64,000 nt of DNA from Octopus vulgaris. Taxonomy: Eukaryota. The stretch spans positions 32,550,001 to 32,614,000 of the forward strand of contig OX597819.1 in NCBI GenBank assembly GCA_951406725.2, in the 5' to 3' direction. Below are positions 26,588 to 39,003 of the stretch, one piece after another. Below the pieces are notes generated by a model. The model saw nothing but the letters and a program-made list of their open reading frames with translations, was not told where the DNA came from and ran no database searches. How positions within the stretch are numbered: the stretch's first letter is position 1; each line of letters begins with the position of its first letter. Position numbers and translations under genes: made by a program.

Positions 26588-26960
26588 GGCGAGCTGGCAG
26601 AAACGTTAGCACGCCGGGCCAAATGCTTAGCGGTATTTCGTCTGCTGTTACGCTGTGAGTTCAAATTCCGCCGAGGTCGACTGTGCCTTTCATCCTTTCG
26701 GGGTCGATAAATAAAGTACCAGTTACGCACTGGGGTCGATATAATCGCCCTAATCCGTTTGTCTGTTCTTGTTTGTCCTCTCTGTATTTAGCCCCTTGTG
26801 GGCAGTAAAGAAATATGTATTTCGTCTGACGTTACGTTCTGAGTTCAAATTCCGCCGAGGCCGACTTTGCCTTTCATCCTTTCGGGGTCGATTAAATAAG
26901 TTCCAGTTACGTACTTGTTTGTCCCCCTCTATGTTTAGCCTCCTGTGGGCAAAAAAGAAA
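26588..26960 (+). mobile_element. SINE family A followed by a tandem partial second unit
   Basis: Full copy 26588-26815, then a restart at tatttcgtctgacgttacg (~26818) through a second tail. Confidence 0.85.
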
Positions 26961-27273
26961 AAAAAATATATGAATGTATGTATTTGTATGTCTGTGTTTA
27001 TTCCCCCATCATCAAATAAACCGATGGAATAAGTACTAGGCTTACAAAGAATAAGACTTGGGGACGATTTCTTTGACTAAAGGCAGTACTCCAGCACGAC
27101 CGCAGTCAAATGACTGAAACAAGTAAAATATAAAAAATGGGTAATAATTAAGTGTCAGTTTCATAATTAAATATTAACCAAGAACAAAAGTAAATAGCAT
27201 CATTATTTTATTTGTTTTCGTTTATATTTTTTAATACAGAAGTGATTATTCTGAGGTTACTTTTATATATTGA

Positions 27274-27666
27274 CTAGCAGTATCGCCCGGCGTTGCTCGG
27301 GTTTGTAAGGGAAATAACTATACGGCATTTTTAGAGAGTTATAGCCCAAAATTAAGCAAAAAAATGCATTAAAAATGGAAAAAATATAATGGTAAATTTT
27401 TTTTTAAATCGTTGACTCATCGTAGACATTTTTAGAGAGTTACTTCCCTTAAAAAAATATGCATGAAAATGGAAGAAATGATGGTAAATTATTTTTAAAA
27501 TCGTAGACTCATCGTAAACAAGCGCTAATACCCAGAAGGGCTCGATATGAATCACGACTATAAGATACCTGGTTTTGGTTAAACTGCACCGCAAAATGTG
27601 GGAGTAGTTAGGAATCTAAATCGAAGGGGACAGACACTCACACAACTACAGTTTTATATATAAAGA
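27274..27666 (-). mobile_element. Non-autonomous Helitron
   Basis: 5' TC, 3' CTAG, subterminal hairpin CCCGAGCAACGCCGGG, inserted between A and T, no TSD. Homologous to 31683-32080 and 40380-40774. Confidence 0.85.
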
Positions 27667-27739
27667 TATTTTCCCTTAAAAACTGCTGGCCTGTTGCTGG
27701 GATATCCCGGAGTATGGGATATTCCGTCATCAGAGATAA

Positions 27740-27783
<44 letters not shown>

Positions 27784-27833
27784 AATATTAAATTTCTAAA
27801 TCTCTCGTAGAGACATGTACGGTGGTGGGGCGA

Positions 27834-28072
27834 TAGAATGGTTGTATACTGTCAATCTAACACGAACCTGACAGTAGGGGGATACACCACCGCTGTATAG
27901 CCCTAGGAAGCATCGACGCCTCCTGATGGCTTTGACACATTTTTCCTGTGTCCTTATATACCTTATATAAATTTATATAAGGACACAGGCGTCGATGCTT
28001 CCTAGGGCTATATAGCGGTGGTGTACCCCCTACTGTCACGTTCGTGTTAGATTGACAGTATACAACCATTCT
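27834..28072. repeat. Inverted-repeat island in a (TA)n tract
   Basis: Arms ~27834-27920 and ~27986-28072 are reverse complements. Nested second hairpin cctgtgtccttatata/tatataaggacacagg. Confidence 0.85.
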
Positions 28073-28192
28073 ATATATATATATATATATATGAGAGATA
28101 GGGACATATATATATATTTATAGTAAATTATAGTAAATTATAGTAAAATATATATATATATATATTATACACACACACACATATATATATAT

Positions 28193-28325
28193 AGGGAGAA
28201 TTCACAAAAAAAAAAACAAAGGACGAAGACAGGTGGTGTAGAAAATATACTGATGTATTAGTATAACGCTCGGGAATTGAAAAAGTCTTTAACGTTTCGA
28301 GCCTACGCTCTTCCACAGAAAGGAG
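28193..28325 (-). mobile_element. (TA)n-embedded repeat family P3 with variant hammerhead motif
   Basis: Related to 19127-19215, 53434-53500 and 57780-57960. Minus strand CTTT-CTGTGGA-AGAGC GTAG GCTC-GAAAC-GTT-AAAG at 28287-28322. Confidence 0.6.
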
Positions 28326-28339
28326 CATATATATATAGT

Positions 28340-28378
<39 letters not shown>

Positions 28379-30034
28379 TTAGAGAGAGATGGGGAGAGAG
28401 AGCGAGAGCGAGAGAGAGGGAGAGAGAAGGAGAGAGAAGGAAATAGAGAAAGATACGATGTGCTTCCGCACAGTTTCTGTCTACCGATTTTGTTCATTAG
28501 GCAAAGACATGCCAGGAGGTATAGAATTTACTTATGTTATATACCGCACAGTGGGCCTGAAACCAGAACTACGTGGTTGTGAAGCAAATACCTTAACCAT
28601 ATATCAATACCTGCACCTACCTGATTTTATTTTGATACATTTAGTCTGTACAACAGAAGATGTTGCGTCCAGCAATATGTTGAAGCTTTTCAAAACTCTA
28701 CTCATATTGTACTTAAAGATTATTTATTCTTTAACTGGATTTAAAACAAGATAAAGAAACTTATTGATTCCTACTTAAATCTTCTATCCAAATGCACCGG
28801 CATTTGGTGCTTAAGACAATCTGAATATTGTGATACTAAAGCTAGCATTTGTCAGAAAACTGTCGCATTAATATCAAATCGGTTTAGGGACTCTCCTACG
28901 ACTTTTCTGGTCTAGCGCTACTATTACAATCTGCTTATTTTTCGACTTTCTTTTAGAAAATCTTTCTAGCTCAATCTGTGTATTATCAAAGTACCAAGAG
29001 GTGAGAGGTTATTAGAAGCACTGAAGAGTCTACCATGGAAATTTAATACAACTGTGTAGTCTTCCGATTATCTATCTAGGTACACGGAAGTGTTTTGAGC
29101 TGTAGCATTACACACCAACAAAACACTTCATAAATCCTATACATAGAAGCTAGAAATAGACGGCATATCTCATTAAAAACCAGACTGTACTATCTAAATT
29201 AGTCTTCAATGTATCTAAAAACGGGACGGGCACGGCCGGAAATCTTTGATCCAATGTCTGCTCGATCGGCATTCACTTTGGGTTAAACAACGACAATCAA
29301 TCCTTATTTATATAGTTTAACCTCATCGTACAAAAAGATGAATTAGGTACCAATTATGTATATTTCTCTAGACACACCGAATTGTTGGTAGGGCACCTTG
29401 ATGATTCCACCGGTTACAACCGCTGCTCTGGTATAAAACAAATTGGAAAGCAATAAATTACAATAAATAAATAATCATTCTTCTGGAAAAAAAAAAAAAA
29501 TGGTTGTTAACAACTCTCAGAGGTGCGTTTTATAGAAATAGACCAGTTAATATCTGTGTAAACAACAAACGATCATTGATGCACGTATTTTTGTTACACT
29601 AACATTAGCGCCTGAAACCGAGACAGATGGAAAGAGGAAAAGAGAAAAGGAAAAGAGAAAAGAAAACATGCAAGAAAAGAGGTGGAAAAAGTAAGAGGAA
29701 ACACTGTCATTTTATCTGGGTTAATTATGATTTACAACTAGCCTTAAATCTATTTACTGCTTCTTTCATCATGCTGCTATATTGTTTTCTTTCTTTCTAA
29801 GGTATATTTTTTCTTTAGATTGATTCAATTCTACAGTCAATATTTTTTTTTTTCACTTTACGCAAATGCAATAAACATTCTCCGTTCTTTGAATTTCCCC
29901 CCAACCAGTTGCATACTTCAATGGACGATTCGCCCTATTGACTTCAGTGGAGTGTTTCTCCAAATTACATCGATTAAATAATTTTGACTCAGTACTGCAA
30001 GACGGCAAATTCGGAAATCATTCGTCAGTTACAT

Positions 30035-30425
30035 AATCCATTCTATTCTAGGCACTAGGCCTGAAATTTTTGTTAGTGTGTGTGTGAGGGTGGGTGGTAT
30101 AGTCTTTTACATCAACGCCAGTCCGCAACTGGTACTTATTTTATCGATCCCAAAAGGATGAAAGGCCAAGTCGACCTCGGTGGAATTTGAACTCATTTTA
30201 CCCGGTGTGCTAAAGATTTTACCAGCTCGCCGCCTTACCAGGGAATAAAATAATCCTTTCTACTGTAGGCATAAGGCCTGGAATTTTGTGCGGAAGACAA
30301 TAATAGTTGATTACATCGACCTCAGTGTTCAACTGCTAATTATTTTATCGACACCGAAAGGATGAAAGACAAAGTTTACATCGGCGAAATTTAAACTCAG
30401 AACGTAAAGACGGACGAAATACCGT
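30035..30425 (-). mobile_element. Two tandem older SINE A variants
   Basis: Two blocks with ttttatcga...aaaggatgaaag and tails aatcc(a/t)ttcta...aggc. Confidence 0.75.
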
Positions 30426-30437
30426 CTTTACGTATTT

Positions 30438-30656
30438 TACTCCTTACTCTTTTACTTGTTTCAGTGACGTGACTGTGGCCATGCTGGAGCACCGCCTTTA
30501 GCCGAGCAAATCGACCCCAGAACTTATTCTTTGTAAGTCTAGTACTTATTCTATCGGTCTCTTTTGCCGAATCGCTAAGTTACGGGGATGTAAACACACC
30601 AGTATCGGTTGTCAAGCGATGTTGGGGGAGGGGGATAAACACAGACACACAAACAT

Positions 30657-30701
<45 letters not shown>

Positions 30702-30865
30702 CAACGGGCTTCTTTCAGTTTCCGTCTACCAAATCCACTCACAAGGCTTTGGTCGGCCCGAGGTTATAGTAGAAGACACTTGCCCAAGGTGCCACGTAGT
30801 GGGACTGAACCCGGAACCATGTGGTTCGTAAACAAGCTACTTACCACACAGCCACTCCTACGCCT
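30438..30865 (-). mobile_element. SINE family B, full length
   Basis: Head ggcgtaggagtggctgtgtggtaag, CORE-like caccttgggcaagt, internal microsatellite, (GTAAAAGA)n tail. Confidence 0.9.
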
Positions 30866-31682
30866 ATTTTGTCCGTTTTTCCAACGATTTTGCCAGTTCG
30901 CCGCCCTACTTTTCAGTTACATAATGCTTTCGCTACTTTCGGCAATGAAGCAATCCATAACACTGAGTTTGCCCGAGTTTGTGATTTTCAGGGTTTTAGA
31001 CGGTCACACACTATGCATTTCAGTGACGGGAAAGATTTGCGTACTTATCCACTGCTAAGCTGATAATCCCCTTTGTTCAACCACTTCGACACCTGAATAA
31101 GTTGAAGAATTTCCTTTTGTTGAAGAAGAGTTATATTATGTTGTGTTACTTTAGGGATGTTCGCGTGTTTTTGTTTTTAAACATGCAACATGTCCTCGTA
31201 TAATGGTAATAGATTCAGTGTTTACTAACATATAAAATATCGAAATTTCTTTCTATGAGCTGGTCAGACAAGCAATGCCCAAGATCACTTAAGGCACTCC
31301 TAGACTAGTGAGAGTTGGTGAAACCGAGGTATCTAATGTCCAGGCAAACGTGTACATATCAATGACTTCAGGGAAATGTGATCGTGAAAGAACTGGGGAT
31401 CTGTTCTGAATGAAAATTATACTTTATATTGTGATAAATTGTAATAAATATACATTATAAGCAAATTGTAATGTTAAAGTAATGGCCATGCTAGCTTTGA
31501 CTGTATGGCATAAGCAAAATGAAATTATATGCCGTTCATACGTTTTCCAACTTCAGTGAAGTAAAATGATATGCCTGAAACCGGATTCAAAACAAGTTCG
31601 TGAACTCAAATTACTAGAAGTTGAACGGGTAAGTTAACGGGTAAACTTACGTATAAATTGAACGTGTTAACTAACGACTATA

Positions 31683-32080
31683 TCTTTATATGTAAAAGTG
31701 AAGTTGTGTGTCTGTCTCCTACGATTTAGATTCCAAACTACTCCCACATTTTGCGATGCAGTGTAACCAAAAGCGGGTATCTTATAGTCGTGATTCATAT
31801 CGAGCCCTTCTGGGTATTAGCGCACGTCTACGATGAGTCTACGATTAAAAAAAAAACATTTAACATAAGTTTTTCCATTTTAATGCATTTTTTCGCTATT
31901 ATATAAGGGAAGTAACTCTCTAAAAATGTCTACGATGAGTCAACTATTTAAAAAAAAATTTACCATAATTTTTTTTCCATTTTTAATGCATTTTTGGCTA
32001 TTTTTTGGCTATAACTCTCTAAAAACGCTTATATAGTTATTTCCCTTACAAACCCGAGCAACGCCGGGCGATACTGCTAG
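31683..32080 (+). mobile_element. Non-autonomous Helitron
   Basis: A|TCTTTATA...hairpin 32053-32068...CTAG|T. Confidence 0.85.
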
Positions 32081-32927
32081 TTACATATAAATTGAACGCG
32101 TAAATTAAGTAATTTTAACGTGTAAAATAACATGTAAACGTGTAAATTGAACGTATAAATCTAGCAGAGTGTGGAGTTTTCAATTGAGACATAAAACCAC
32201 AGGTGTATAAGAGTAAACAACAAGATTATGTGGATTTCATGCCTTTCTGAAGATAGTTACCTGAAGAGATGAAGCAAAACAGATGCAGTTTGGAATTAAA
32301 TCGGTGAGGTATATCGGCACGCTGTGACTTTAACTTTTGTACTGCGCCACACAACGCTTACAAGTTTGTTTGTTTATATATTTTGTATCCTCCATAATCC
32401 CTCAGTGACCTTTATGTGTTTTTAAAAGATGGGAATCCTCAGTGATCTTTATACGCTTCCATAATATTATAGCAATAACGTAACTTCATTGACCTTTATT
32501 CCTTTATGGATATACACATTGTAGCGATTCGTTTCCACGCAACATGGTGGTTGCGAATACATACAACGATATATAGGTAATCGATATATTTATATAAACA
32601 TTTATTTACGAATGAAACATCAAAGTAATAAAATGTTATACAGCTTGATAAAGTGATACACCGGGTGCTTGATTTATCACGCCTGCTTTTAATCAAAATG
32701 TTTCTACGTAGCTTCTTTCATACACGTATATACATAATTATATACAATAATGCAGACATGCAGATACATACTAATACACACATACACACACACACTGTAC
32801 ATACATATACATATATGTGTGTGTATATATATATATATATGTATGTGTTTGCGTGGTTTTTACGTGTGCATGGTGTGTGTGTATCTATCTAATCTATCTA
32901 CTCTATCTGATCAATCTGTCTATCTAT

Positions 32928-32963
<36 letters not shown>

Positions 32964-33129
32964 TGTCATGTCCTCAATACGCTGCTGGGTCAAGACTAGG
33001 AGAATGGCCAGAGATAGTTGCTATCCCTTGCGATTTCATTGTTGTCAAAAACGTTTGGAGTAAGAATGAAACACACAATCATGTCATACTCACTTAGAGC
33101 GACGCGACGGCTCGGATTTATATATATAT

Positions 33130-33200
<71 letters not shown>

Positions 33201-33205
<5 letters not shown>

Positions 33206-33818
33206 AAACTAAGGGTGAAAAAAATTGGATATTAATTTGATAACACCAATTCAAACACCAAGTGGCCTGGCGTATGAAAGACTGGGATTCAGTAAATATT
33301 ATTAATACAAAACTATGAGAGAATCCACTATGTGGACGCTCTTACGCTAGATATAGATCCGCAAAGAGCATCCACCACCAAAGAATTGTTTCACCCTTAT
33401 TTTGACTTCAATTATAAATTAATATGTTCTCAAACCGGCAGTAAATTACTTATGCAGTATTTATATTCGGGAATTTAGCGCGCCAGAACGAGGGCATTTG
33501 AATGTAACTGTGAATATAATCGGCCGAATATAATCTCCAACCTCATGTTGATATTTGCTGTGCAGTTCGACAAATTATATTTTTGACGTACTCTACTGAT
33601 GAATCGAAGATATTATGTAAGTAAAATTACATAATTTATTAACGATGAAACAATTGTATAGAGTTAATCTATATTTTCGTTATTTTTCATTTGTCCTGCT
33701 CGCTTACGTTCTTGGTGTGAACAATTCTTGAGAACAATTCTTTGGTGGTGGATTGCCTTTGCGGATCTATATCTAGCGTAAGAGCGTCCACATAGTGGAT
33801 TCTCTCATAGTTTTGTAT

Positions 33819-33820
<2 letters not shown>
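33201..33820 (+). mobile_element. Penelope-like/retrozyme-like element P1, second copy with inverted 5' arm
   Basis: 33201-33390 is an inverted copy of the element 3' region (arms 33302-33390 and 33733-33820). (TA)n on both sides. Contains a hammerhead. Confidence 0.7.
33590..33664 (+). ncRNA. Type I hammerhead ribozyme motif (canonical core)
   Basis: Stem I ACTCTA/TAGAGT, CTGATGA, stem II ATCG/CGAT enclosing a hairpin, GAAAC, palindromic AATT loop, GTA cleavage triplet (33656-33658). Confidence 0.8.
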
Positions 33821-33880
<60 letters not shown>

Positions 33881-34424
33881 AATATATAAGTTAGATAGAT
33901 AGATAGATAGACAGATAGATAGAGGGAGAGAGATGGGGACACAGGAAATAATCTGTGTATCAATTTAAGCATTTCATTCAAAGCTTAATTTACTGCAGTT
34001 ACCACAGTGAATTAGGCTTTTAAATATATTTTATTTCTTTCGTTTCAGCCAAGTGGCTGTGGTCATGCTGGAGCACCACCATGACTTTCCCACCTTATGC
34101 TGTGCTCTTTGCGCGTTCATTGCATGGCTCTTCTCCACCAGCTGATGTAGCGCTATCAGGACTTTCAATGCCACATTTGTAATTTATATATAAATAGAAT
34201 TTTAATATTTGATATTTACAAATATTTCACATAGTTAAAAAAAATCGTATGGTACACACCTGGTAGTTCACTAGCTTAGTGTTCGTTGGGTGTTTGATTA
34301 ATGAGAGAGGCGAAAGATTAATGGTAGATGGTTCGAAACAATTGCAGTGATGAATAAAGATTCTTATATCTTCCATCTTCCATTTTCCGTTTGTATGTAT
34401 GTATGTATGTATGTATGTATGTAT

Positions 34425-34580
34425 ACTCTTTTACTCTTTTACTCTTTTACTTGTTTCAGTCATTTGACTGCGGCCATGCTGGAGAACCGCCTTTAGTCGA
34501 GCAAATCGACCCCGGGACTTATTCTTTGTAAACCCAGTACTTATTCTATCGGTCTCTTTTGCCGAACCGCTAGGTGACTA
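34425..34580 (-). mobile_element. SINE family B 3' part
   Basis: (TACTCTTT)n tail and ttgactgcggccatgctggag block. Confidence 0.85.
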
Positions 34581-34680
34581 AGTATGTATGTATGAATATA
34601 TGACCAAGTATGTATGTATGAATATATGAAAATATACATATATATGCGCAGGCATGGCTATGTGGTAAGAAGCATGCTTC

Positions 34681-36112
34681 TGCGCATGCCTCGGATTATT
34701 TTCTGCTTGGATTTTGTAAGAGTCGGACGTTGTTTTTTATGTTGTTTAGAAGATGTACTCAGACCTCGAAGGGTCTGAGTTGTCGTCGTCATCGAAGGAG
34801 CTGGTAAGGACGGTCATAAAGATGGACGTAGTGTTGAAGTCGAGTTTTGCTGAAGCTACGGAGGTGAAGCAAAGGGAGCTGGACTTGGCTGGTCTGAAGG
34901 AGTATGAGAAGATGGCTCAGAAGGTGGTCGGCGACATGAAGTTGTCGCTCCTCAAATGGAGAGGATGGAGAAGAAAAAACGATCGCCTATAAGGTGTACT
35001 CGTTGAAAGGAAAAAGGCAGAACAGGTTGTGGCAGAAGTGGAAAAGGTGCTGAGGGAGCGGTCAAAGGAGATAATGTACATAACCAAAGGAAGAAGATAT
35101 GGGACAATGGTGATCCAATTCAGGACAGTAGAGGAGGTGAGGAGGCTAGCGAGTGTGGCGGTGAAAACAGAGGAAGAAAGACTTCCCAGACGAGGGTAGT
35201 AGCAATTCCACCGGATATAGAAGTGGCTTGGGTAGCGGCAGCTGTCCTTCTTGGAAGCGAGAAGTACGCTGTCCTCCAAGCTACATAAACGGAAGAAGGA
35301 GGGTGGAAGGGAAAGACACTTGAACTCATTATTCAGACGGAAGAGGGCAGCTGGAGAACTTGGCAGAGAAGGCGACGCTGGTGGAAATCGTGCTGAGGGT
35401 GTTGGTAGAGGGCAGAGTAGTACCACGTTGTTTTAAATGTGGCCAAAAGGGCCACATTAGAGCATACTCCTCTACAGAGGAGAATGGCTGAGGAAACAGT
35501 TGTGGAGACGGAAGAGAAAAGAGAGGAAGAAAAGACAGACGGGGGGAAAAGAGGAAAAGGAGGAAGAATGGACAGTTACAGAGAGCAGAAGGAGAAAGAG
35601 AAAAAAAAACTGAGTATGATGTTTACTCCAGTCAAACTCCATCCCACCCAAAACCGCTCAGACCCCCCTCCCCATACAGACACCAAGCCCATCCACCACA
35701 TTTCCCCCACAAGAAAGAAAAACAGAAAAAAAAAGAACAAACTCCACAAAATTTAGAAGACCCCCCACCCACCCCGGTGAAAAAGGTTACGAATGCATGG
35801 CGGAGAGAATGATGTCACTGAGTGATAGAGAAAGGGGAAAAAGGATTGGACTGAAGGAGAAAAAAGGACTTGGAACACAGAGGCGGTGACTGGTGTTACT
35901 CAGTGTGGAGTGAGTAGCAAACTCTTCATAATATCGTTTTCAGATATCATTCATGTTATCTTATTTTAATTTGTTTTTCATGCTCATTTTCATGTATCAT
36001 TCATTATATCCCATTTTATTTTTGTATTTTTAATTGTTATATGTCCCCAAATGTGTTGTAAATGTCCCCCTCTTTGTAATGCCTTTATGGCAATTTAAAA
36101 GAAATAAAAAAA
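34681..36112 (+). mobile_element. Poly-A retroelement encoding only a decayed ORF1/gag-like protein
   Basis: TSD AAGC(A/T)TGCTTC at 34670-34680 and 36113-36123. AATAAA plus A-run at 36103-36114. Broken ORF from 34753 with zinc knuckle LVEGRVVPRCFKCGQKGHIRAYS (knuckle at 35429-35470). No EN/RT motifs seen. Confidence 0.7.
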
Positions 36113-37729
36113 AAGCTTGCTTCCCAAGTTCTGGGTTCAGTTTAATGGATCCCGAAATAAAACTTCCAACCGTCTTATTGCTTACAAATTAACTGGAATA
36201 TCTCCAGGCAAAAACTAATAAGGTTTATTTAGGTATTTGATCAGTTTATTTAATTCTAACCTTCCTCAAAATAAGTGACCCAGTGTCATTGCAAAGATAG
36301 TAGATCGCCTGAATCACCTGAGGTACGGACAAAATGCCATGTGGTATATGTTCTAGCTCATTACGTTCTGAGTTCAAATCCATCGAAGTTAATCTTGCTT
36401 AGGATTAATTTAGCACACTAACAACCTCTCCTAAACTTCAAGCCTTGTGACTGTGACAGGAACGATTATTGCTATTATTAAAGAATTTTTGTTAGTTTCG
36501 CCATGCTTTCTCTGTACATTAATAGAGTTAGTTGTATATGACACCTGGTAATTGTGTTGGTCTCGATCACAACGTAGTGCCGATTGTCGGACACAACCGG
36601 TGATCTTTCGGTTCATTCATTATCTGGTACCCTATCCACTTGGTGTACACTTCCTTGGTTAAAAATAGTGAAAATGGTTGCCTGTCATCCACAATAGTAT
36701 GAGAATTGACGAACTTCCAGAAATTTAATGATTTGGTAATCATATTTCCAACAACTGCTTTCTCATTTAAAATTATTTATTAATTCATTGCAAAGCTTGC
36801 AGATGTTGACTTATTTTTATCTACTTTTGATTATTCAAAGGTCTATAAGATAAAATGCAGCTTCCTTGTATCACGAGAGAATTCCTTGCGCTTTCGATGG
36901 ACCTGAAAGCAATCATGCTCCATCTTGCGAAATTTTTTCATGGAGGCTCTAAGGCTGCATAGGGTTTAAATATATTATAAGTTTTCATCGAAATATTATT
37001 ATTCACACGTCCGTTATATCAATGGTGACAGAGGAATACCCATACGTAAAAGATGATTCTAGATATGTTAACGAGAAAATGAATACAGAAAAACTGTAAG
37101 GGAAATAACCCAGGGATATCAATCATATATTCAAAGTGAGTGAAGAATGTCATGAGTAAATAAATTTTTATACAAATGATTATCAAACATATAATACATA
37201 TGAGTTGTTGTGGGGTAGAGTTTAAATTACTAAACTTTTTAATAAGTTATTAAGATAATTGCTTAGTTTCTGTTTGGTTGTTTTTGAATTTTTGTGGAAA
37301 AAAAAACAGAAAGCGAGATTTAGCTCTGCTGAAGATTTTTCTCTACAACAATAAAGTTTAAAGGTTCAAGGTATAAATATTTGGGTTATTTGGTTAACGT
37401 GATGAAGGTAAATTTTCGATTGGATAATATAATAAAAAGAAATTGTGAAACGATTTGGAATAGTGTATGATATAGAAAAAGACAAAGGAACGAATTAAAC
37501 ACCTGAAGAAAAATATGTGCTGAGGGAAGGAATGGGTGAAAAAAGAGAGTGAAAAAAAAGGGGGGGTGAGAAAGAGAAAGAGAGGTGAGGGGAATAGTGA
37601 GTGGATCGAAGGAAGCGAGGAAAGAAAATAGAGTTAATAGAGAGAGGAGGGGGGGGAAAGAATAGGGGAAAGAGAAACACATGACTGGGTAAAATAAAGA
37701 GAAAATTGGTAGACATACGAGTTAGAGAC

Positions 37730-37842
37730 AGAAAAAATGATAGAGAGAGACAGAAAGAGAAAGAGAGAGAGAAAGGGAGAGAGAGAGAAATATATAGAGA
37801 GAGTAATAAAGTGTGTGTGTGTGTGGAGAGAAAGAGAGAGCA

Positions 37843-37877
<35 letters not shown>

Positions 37878-38087
37878 GAAAGAGAGAGAGAAAGAGAAAG
37901 AAAGAGAGAGAGAGAAAGAGAAAGGTGGAGAGAAAGAGAGAGAGAGAGAAAGAGAGAGAAAGAGAGAGAGAAAGCGAGAGATAAAGAGAGAGAGAGAAAG
38001 AGAAAGAGAGAAAGAAAGAGAAAGAGGGAGAGAAAGAGAGAGAGAGTAATAAAATGTGTGTGTGGAGAGAAAGAGATAGCTAGAGAG

Positions 38088-38158
<71 letters not shown>

Positions 38159-38210
38159 AAGAGAGAGCAAGAGAGAGAAAGAGAGAGCAAGAGAAAGAGA
38201 GAGAGAAAGG
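37730..38210. repeat. Polypurine (GA/GAAA)n tract
   Basis: Direct reading. Confidence 0.95.
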
Positions 38211-38567
38211 TGAAAGGCGAAAAAATAAATGAGAAAAGTCTGTTGAAGAGATATGGTGAAAGCGTTGGTGAATAGCTTTACAGACAGAGACGGGAAAGGA
38301 TGAGATATAGAGACACATATAGTGCATAGATAGACTGACAGACAGACACACAGTCAAGCTGACAGACACAGTCAAACAGACAGACAGATAGATAGACAGA
38401 TAGATAAAGAGGGAGGGAGAGTGAGAGAGAGTATAAAGAGAGAGAGAGGAAATACCACCATTGTTCAGAGATTTCAAAATGCAAAAGACAAAAATTCAGT
38501 GAAGGAAAACAAGCGACAATCTAATGAATAAAAATCAATTGAAACGAGTGTTTTTGAGTGTGTGTGA

Positions 38568-38629
<62 letters not shown>

Positions 38630-38639
38630 TATATAGAAG

Positions 38640-38692
38640 GAGCTTCTACAGGACTAGTACTGTTTCATTCAAGAGAAATCTTCAGGAAGCTC
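38640..38692 (-). ncRNA. Compact type I hammerhead ribozyme motif
   Basis: Minus strand GAGCTTC-CTGAAGA-TTTC TCTT GAAT-GAAA-CAGTACTAGTCCTG-TA-GAAGCTC: perfect 7-bp stem I, intact core, GUA site. Confidence 0.8.
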
Positions 38693-38712
38693 ATATATAT
38701 ATATATGAGACC

Positions 38713-38753
<41 letters not shown>

Positions 38754-38971
38754 GCATATATATATATGTATATATATATGTATGTATATATATATATGTA
38801 TGCATATATGTAATTATGCATGTATGTAGGCATGTATATATATATTTATACAAACGTAAGCATGTATATGTGTGTATTTGTATGTATGTATGTATGTATA
38901 TGTGAGTGTAACTGCATGTGTATAAATGTGTATGTGTAAAATGATGCAAAGACAAATTATAGAGAGGCAGG

Positions 38972-39003
<32 letters not shown>

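Noticed and set aside
27690-27740. Minus-strand CTGATGA with CGGA/TCCG stem
   Set aside because: Followed by GGAT rather than GAAA and no stem I partner, so not called a hammerhead.
34917-35426. 169-aa minus-strand ORF
   Set aside because: Antisense shadow of the purine-rich ORF1-like relic.
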